Position numbers and translations under genes: made by a program
Notes under the pieces: model-generated
The model's database searches: none
Seen by the model: only the letters and a program-made list of their open reading frames with translations
Told to the model about the DNA's origin: nothing
Part shown: positions 59,663-64,000 of the stretch, in pieces
How the letters are laid out: the number at the start of each line of letters is the position of its first letter
Numbering within the stretch: the stretch's first letter is position 1
Virus record (IMG/VR): IMGVR_UViG_3300028591_003737
Coordinates: 105,615-169,614 of that record
DNA: 64,000 nucleotides
Strand: one strand, 5' to 3'
Source: a virus
Lineage: Duplodnaviria > Caudoviricetes

Positions 59663-61774
59663 TTACTTTTCTTTATTTACTTTAGAAGGATCTTTAGCAG
59701 ATAATTTATGTCTACTATATTCATTAGCAGTTGGCATTGTACTAGCCCACATAGTACCAAATTGATTTGCAGTATAAAATATATTATTACCATATCCAGC
59801 AGGAGGAGCAAGTTTATATTGTTCACCAGTAGTTTTATTTCGCATAGATGCTTCAACAATTTCTAATGGAATACCAGAAGCATTACTTATTAAATCACTA
59901 TATAATGTTCTACCAAGAGGAACTCCAAGACCAGCACGACCCATTGTATACATCTTACCAATTTCCATCATATCTCTAGATTTACCATGTTTAAGATTAA
60001 TAGTAACTTTTAATCCTGTTGGGAAATCATCAAGACCAAGTGGACCATATTGCTGTATAGTTGAACCATCAATAATTAAATTACCCATACACATTATAGG
60101 ATTTCTAGGATTACCAATAGTTAAGTGCCAAAGACCAACAGGTTCACCACTTAAAATAGAATCTGTTGCATAAAGAGCAGGACGGCCTAATTTATTTTTA
60201 ATCATACTCTTTAACATATTACCAGCCCCTACTGAATGTAATTTATCATAAATATCTTGCATTAATTTTTGTGGATCTGAAACAGCATTACCAATACTAT
60301 TTAATAATGTAGAACCAGCCTTTTCTAAATTAGACCATAAACCAGCAAAGAAATTTCCTAAATCCATTTCTCCAGAACATAACATTTGAAATGTTCCAGA
60401 TAATTTATCCCATGCACCATCAATCATTGCATTAGCTGTTTGCCATCCTTTAGTATTAGCAGGAGCACCTTTCCACCAAACAGCACCACCCCAGAAATTA
60501 CCTTTACGATATGTAACTTGTTGAATATTATTTAATAAATCAAGAAATGCTGTTCTAGGATTAATATTTTCATATGCTCTTAATTCATAATCAAAAGTTA
60601 ATGAGAAAGTTTGTTCAAAAGTTAATTTACCTTCATATAAATGAGTATCTCTAACAGTTCCTTTTGGTTCATAAATTCTATTATTATCATATCTTTCCCA
60701 TAATACTCTAACATTTTCTGAATCTCCACCAGATACACTATTTGCACCAGTTAAAAATGATTGATCAAATACCATACCAAGTATTTTATTCTCATTACCC
60801 CAACCAGCCATACCAGTTTTATTAGTATCTCCTATTCTATAATTAGGATTTGCTAAGTTAATAGCTGCTCCTAAAATACCTCTATGACTATCATCTTCTG
60901 TAGAACTAGCATCACTGAAGTGACCAGTTTTAGGTTCAAAACTATCTTTATAATTATATTTTAATATATCTTCTAATTTATTATTATCATCCATCCAAGT
61001 AACTAAACGACCAATATCTCCAGAAATATTAGCACCACCTTTTTCTTGCTGATTAACTGACCAAATATCATCACCAATAGGAACAGGAAATCTTCTTAAT
61101 GTAAGTAAACGGTTATTAGATATTTTACCAAGATTTTTACAATACATAAAATCAGCATATTTAAATATACCTCTACCTAATTTACCTTCATCAGATAATT
61201 TAACTAATGTTTTAATTGAACAATCACTTAAATCATCAGGATAATCTGTTTTTTTAATAGATTTTCCATTATATTCATATAAAATATTATCAGGAGTATT
61301 AATCACTGGAGTATTACTGTCCATACCAATAATATTAATACCATAAAGAGGATTAAACATTGATGGTATTATTGGCATAGTATAATATTCTCCACCAGCA
61401 AGATCTTTACCATTTTTATCTTTTCCTACAATACCGTATTCACCTAAAATATATGCAGGTTTTTTATATATAAATTGATAATTTTTAGTAGAATTATCTA
61501 ATACTTCTTGAGATAATTTAAATGGATTTTCATAAATAAATTCTTTATTTACAGTAAGATTAGAATAATTTTGATAATCAGCAGTTTGTTGAAGTTGTGT
61601 TATATTACTATTATCATTGATAAATGATAATTTACCAATGTTTTCTTTATAAAAAGAACTATAAGGATTCTTTTCTATGTGTTCTTTAGTAAGTTTTTCT
61701 CTATTTTCTTTAGTATCTTTTGCTGAATTCCAACCTTCTTTAAAAGCACCACCTATGCTACTAAATATTCCCAT
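59663..61774 (-). CDS. Probable baseplate/tail-tube-initiator-like structural protein
   Basis: Gly-rich; TFSLTFDYEL..WHLTIGNP..FPTGLKVTINLK tube-fold-like strands; late motif at 61794-61806. Confidence 0.45.
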   Translation of the reverse strand: MGIFSSIGGAFKEGWNSAKDTKENREKLTKEHIEKNPYSSFYKENIGKLSFINDNSNITQLQQTADYQNYSNLTVNKEFIYENPFKLSQEVLDNSTKNYQFIYKKPAYILGEYGIVGKDKNGKDLAGGEYYTMPIIPSMFNPLYGINIIGMDSNTPVINTPDNILYEYNGKSIKKTDYPDDLSDCSIKTLVKLSDEGKLGRGIFKYADFMYCKNLGKISNNRLLTLRRFPVPIGDDIWSVNQQEKGGANISGDIGRLVTWMDDNNKLEDILKYNYKDSFEPKTGHFSDASSTEDDSHRGILGAAINLANPNYRIGDTNKTGMAGWGNENKILGMVFDQSFLTGANSVSGGDSENVRVLWERYDNNRIYEPKGTVRDTHLYEGKLTFEQTFSLTFDYELRAYENINPRTAFLDLLNNIQQVTYRKGNFWGGAVWWKGAPANTKGWQTANAMIDGAWDKLSGTFQMLCSGEMDLGNFFAGLWSNLEKAGSTLLNSIGNAVSDPQKLMQDIYDKLHSVGAGNMLKSMIKNKLGRPALYATDSILSGEPVGLWHLTIGNPRNPIMCMGNLIIDGSTIQQYGPLGLDDFPTGLKVTINLKHGKSRDMMEIGKMYTMGRAGLGVPLGRTLYSDLISNASGIPLEIVEASMRNKTTGEQYKLAPPAGYGNNIFYTANQFGTMWASTMPTANEYSRHKLSAKDPSKVNKEK

Positions 61775-61804
61775 TTATAAAAAAGATATATTATATATAA
61801 AAAT

Positions 61805-61833
61805 AAAAAAGACTGATAAAATATCAGTCTTTT
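61805..61833 (-). terminator. Intrinsic terminator
   Basis: aaaagactgata / tatcagtctttt. Confidence 0.75.
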
Positions 61834-61853
61834 AATTATATATTTGATATATT

Positions 61854-62375
61854 TTATGAAAGCATCATAAGATGTTCAGCATGACGACGTTTGATATGAC
61901 CTGGAGCAGAAATTCTAGACTCTTTAACACCTGCTACTGTATAATTAAAATCATCTTCATTCATTATTCCATTCTTAACTCTACATTTAAGAAGACGCTG
62001 ATAAAATGTACTTTTCTTTACTCCACCTTCACCACAATTATAAATAAGAGAATAAAGACCATCAATAAATCCCTGAGAAAATTCATATTCATAAGGAAGA
62101 GCTTCAATAAGACGTTTTACACTTCCTTTAAATTTATTGATATCTTTTCTAAAATATTCATCTGCCTGAGCTCGTGTAATAGTCATTCCTTCATAAACAT
62201 CAGAACCATGATGACCATAACCAATAGAATAACCATTTGCATCATGATAAGCAGTCAACTGACAAGTTTCATATTTCTTAATGAATTCAATACCTTCAGA
62301 AGAAATACTATATTCTTTACTAAAAGAAATAAAACTTATAGTAAGAAAAGAAATAATAGTAATAATCTTTTTCAT
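61854..62375 (-). CDS. GH24 phage lysozyme with N-terminal signal peptide
   Basis: GIEFIKKYE..LTAYHDANGYSIGYGH..YNCG..RRHAE; MKKIITIISFLTISFISFS signal-like N-terminus; early-type promoter at 62402-62429. Confidence 0.85.
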   Translation of the reverse strand: MKKIITIISFLTISFISFSKEYSISSEGIEFIKKYETCQLTAYHDANGYSIGYGHHGSDVYEGMTITRAQADEYFRKDINKFKGSVKRLIEALPYEYEFSQGFIDGLYSLIYNCGEGGVKKSTFYQRLLKCRVKNGIMNEDDFNYTVAGVKESRISAPGHIKRRHAEHLMMLS

Positions 62376-62457
62376 AATATTTTTATTTTGTTTCACATAT
62401 TAATATAGTATAAAAAAGAAAAAATTCAAAGATTTTATTTCTTTGAATTTCAATTTA

Positions 62458-62907
62458 TTAATATACTCCTTTAAAATAATATATATTTAATTTACCAGGT
62501 TTTTTAACTAATAAATTATTTGAAGGATATTTTTGTCCTAAACAACTTTCATCTGAATATATTTCTATACCATTTTTATTATATAATTCTTTAAATCTTT
62601 TTTTATCTTGTTTATATAATTCTATAGCATCTTCATCTTCAAGAGGACTTAATGATACTCCATCTGGTAAATCAGCATGTTCTGCACAAAATGTTGAAAG
62701 ATCTTTTTTAATTTTAAATGTTTTAATCCATGTTTCTAATACATCAGCAATATCATAATTATCTTTAAAATCCAATATATATAACATTAAATCAACTAAT
62801 TTATTTTCATGAAGTTTAAATTTAGTTGTTAAACTATCTCTATCTTGAATTTTAATATCTTTATCTAATTTAAGTTTTTCTAATATATATTCATTAAAGT
62901 TTTTCAT
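62458..62907 (-). CDS. Leader-bearing small protein (EKLHLNK family)
   Basis: MKNFNEYILEKLKLDKD. Confidence 0.75.
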   Translation of the reverse strand: MKNFNEYILEKLKLDKDIKIQDRDSLTTKFKLHENKLVDLMLYILDFKDNYDIADVLETWIKTFKIKKDLSTFCAEHADLPDGVSLSPLEDEDAIELYKQDKKRFKELYNKNGIEIYSDESCLGQKYPSNNLLVKKPGKLNIYYFKGVY

Positions 62908-63415
62908 ATAAATCTAATAAATCTTTTACTTTATCTGGATTATTTTTGATTGTTACTGAATCAAATGAATCATTTTTATCAAAATATTGATAAATTTTAT
63001 TTTTTTGATGATAAAAATCTAATGCTATATCTTTTATAAAGTTAATACCTTCTTCTTTATTTAAATATATTATTTTTGCTTTCCATTTATCTTGATCAGT
63101 TCCAACACTTCCTAAAAATTCATAATAACCATTAGAGTTAATAAACATATCTCTTTCATAAGAATATTTATCTATATCATATTTATCATTTGGTGTATAT
63201 GTAAATCTTATTTCTCCATTATCTTGAGTATCATAGTAATAATATACAATAGATCTAACTGGATCATTTATCTCAAGTTCATCTATTGTTCTACCATTAT
63301 AAGAAAATATACCAATTCTAATAATTGGTTCACCTTTTTTAAAATCTACTGGAGATGTATTGATATTCTTATTTAAATGAAGTTTTTCAATAATATATGA
63401 ATCTAATTGTTTCAT
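62894..63415 (-). CDS. Leader-bearing small protein (EKLHLNK family)
   Basis: MKQLDSYIIEKLHLNKN. Confidence 0.75.
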   Translation of the reverse strand: MKQLDSYIIEKLHLNKNINTSPVDFKKGEPIIRIGIFSYNGRTIDELEINDPVRSIVYYYYDTQDNGEIRFTYTPNDKYDIDKYSYERDMFINSNGYYEFLGSVGTDQDKWKAKIIYLNKEEGINFIKDIALDFYHQKNKIYQYFDKNDSFDSVTIKNNPDKVKDLLDLYEKL

Positions 63416-63834
63416 TATACTAATTGTTTTTGAAGAATTAATTTATATTCTCTTTCTACATTTTCTTTTGAGTCAGATGAATGCATTGCATTTTTCATAT
63501 CATCTTTACCCCATTCTTTACGAACTTTATTTTTTATAGTTTTTAAATCTTTAATAGGATCTTTACAATCTTTTCTTAACATATAAGAAATAGAATCTCC
63601 AGAAGCCATATAAGTACATAATTCATCATAAAATGGTTTATCTTTTAATCCTATATAAAGTTCTTTAGCTTCATCAAGAGATAAAGTTCTTTTTACTTTC
63701 TGTACAATCTGCCAATCTTTATTTCTTAAAAGATTATCAAAATCATATTCATGATCTAAAAATTCTGGTTTAAGAATAGCAAATCCATTTACTTCAGATA
63801 ATGCTTCTTGAATGTATTGAACTAAGTTTTTCAT
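63415..63834 (-). CDS. ndk: Nucleoside diphosphate kinase with CTS-like leader
   Basis: FAILKPE, KDKPFYDELCTYMASG, NAMHSSDS; likely start is MKNLVQYIQE (63834). Confidence 0.85.
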   Translation of the reverse strand: MKNLVQYIQEALSEVNGFAILKPEFLDHEYDFDNLLRNKDWQIVQKVKRTLSLDEAKELYIGLKDKPFYDELCTYMASGDSISYMLRKDCKDPIKDLKTIKNKVRKEWGKDDMKNAMHSSDSKENVEREYKLILQKQLV

Positions 63835-63835
63835 A

Positions 63836-64000
63836 TTATCCAAATTTTAATAATCTTTTTATATCACTTTGACGTATTGATTCATACATCTGTTGTTCAT
63901 TATATGTTCCACCACCTGGAGCTTTAGCTGATTTATCCCATTCAACTCTATCTTTTTCCCAATAATTTCTATTAGGATTATTTAAATTCCTAGTTATATT
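63836..64000 (-). CDS. 3' end of a CDS entering from beyond the window
   Basis: Open frame NITRNLNNP...SDIKRLLKFG* ending just before the ndk start. Confidence 0.6.
   Translation of the reverse strand, partial: NITRNLNNPNRNYWEKDRVEWDKSAKAPGGGTYNEQQMYESIRQSDIKRLLKFG

Noticed and set aside
1160-62408. Overlapping or antisense ORFs in the track (e.g. 1160, 2054, 4157, 11622, 13612, 23893, 26676, 36961, 39932, 58356, 61872)
   Set aside because: These are shadow frames of well-supported genes, with biased low-complexity translations and no independent signals.
49446-63843. Longest-ORF starts at 49496, 50635, 53722, 57469, 62396 and 63843
   Set aside because: They overlap upstream genes or promoter motifs. 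Downstream Mets give the conserved leader or signal peptide, or sit right after the late motif.
1-64000. Alternative genetic code (TAG read as Gln, as in some Lak/crAss phages)
   Set aside because: Core genes are full-length in code 11. TAG appears only as a rare terminal stop (e.g. 20292, 49450, 11360), so recoding is not needed to explain any gene.

Overview
AT-rich (roughly a quarter G+C by eye), densely coding segment of a large T4-like/jumbo myophage genome. The host is probably Bacteroidales: no Shine-Dalgarno motifs are visible, and there are DUF4376-like and CotH-like tail genes. The window holds the core head and tail genes (tube, sheath, major capsid, a prohead protease-scaffold fusion, probable small terminase, gp14-like neck), tail fibre-like genes, and the C-terminal half of a split family-B DNA polymerase. 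It also encodes a Dam-type methylase, UvsW-like helicase, GrpE, a sigma70-family factor, dNMP and NDP kinases, and lysis genes. The standout signal is that about 21 otherwise unrelated ORFs share a short N-terminal leader (M-K/I-x-hydrophobic-x-x-Y/F-I-x-E, often followed by KL[H/K]L[N/D]K) resembling the T4 internal-protein capsid-targeting sequence cleaved by the prohead protease. Tagged proteins include the sigma factor (variant leader), two Pol-beta-type nucleotidyltransferases, a HAD phosphatase, a PD-(D/E)XK-like protein, NDK and about 10 variable small proteins. They cluster with an untagged RNA ligase-like gene and an NMNAT-like gene that carries the leader internally. This suggests a large virion-packaged, co-injected payload. 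Two recurrent intergenic motifs (TTATTTTTAWWTA before structural and leader-bearing genes; TTGAWT-N16/18-TATATT before small early-type genes) define two promoter classes. No tRNA, rRNA, CRISPR array or transposase was seen. All functional calls come from motif recognition by eye, with no database search.
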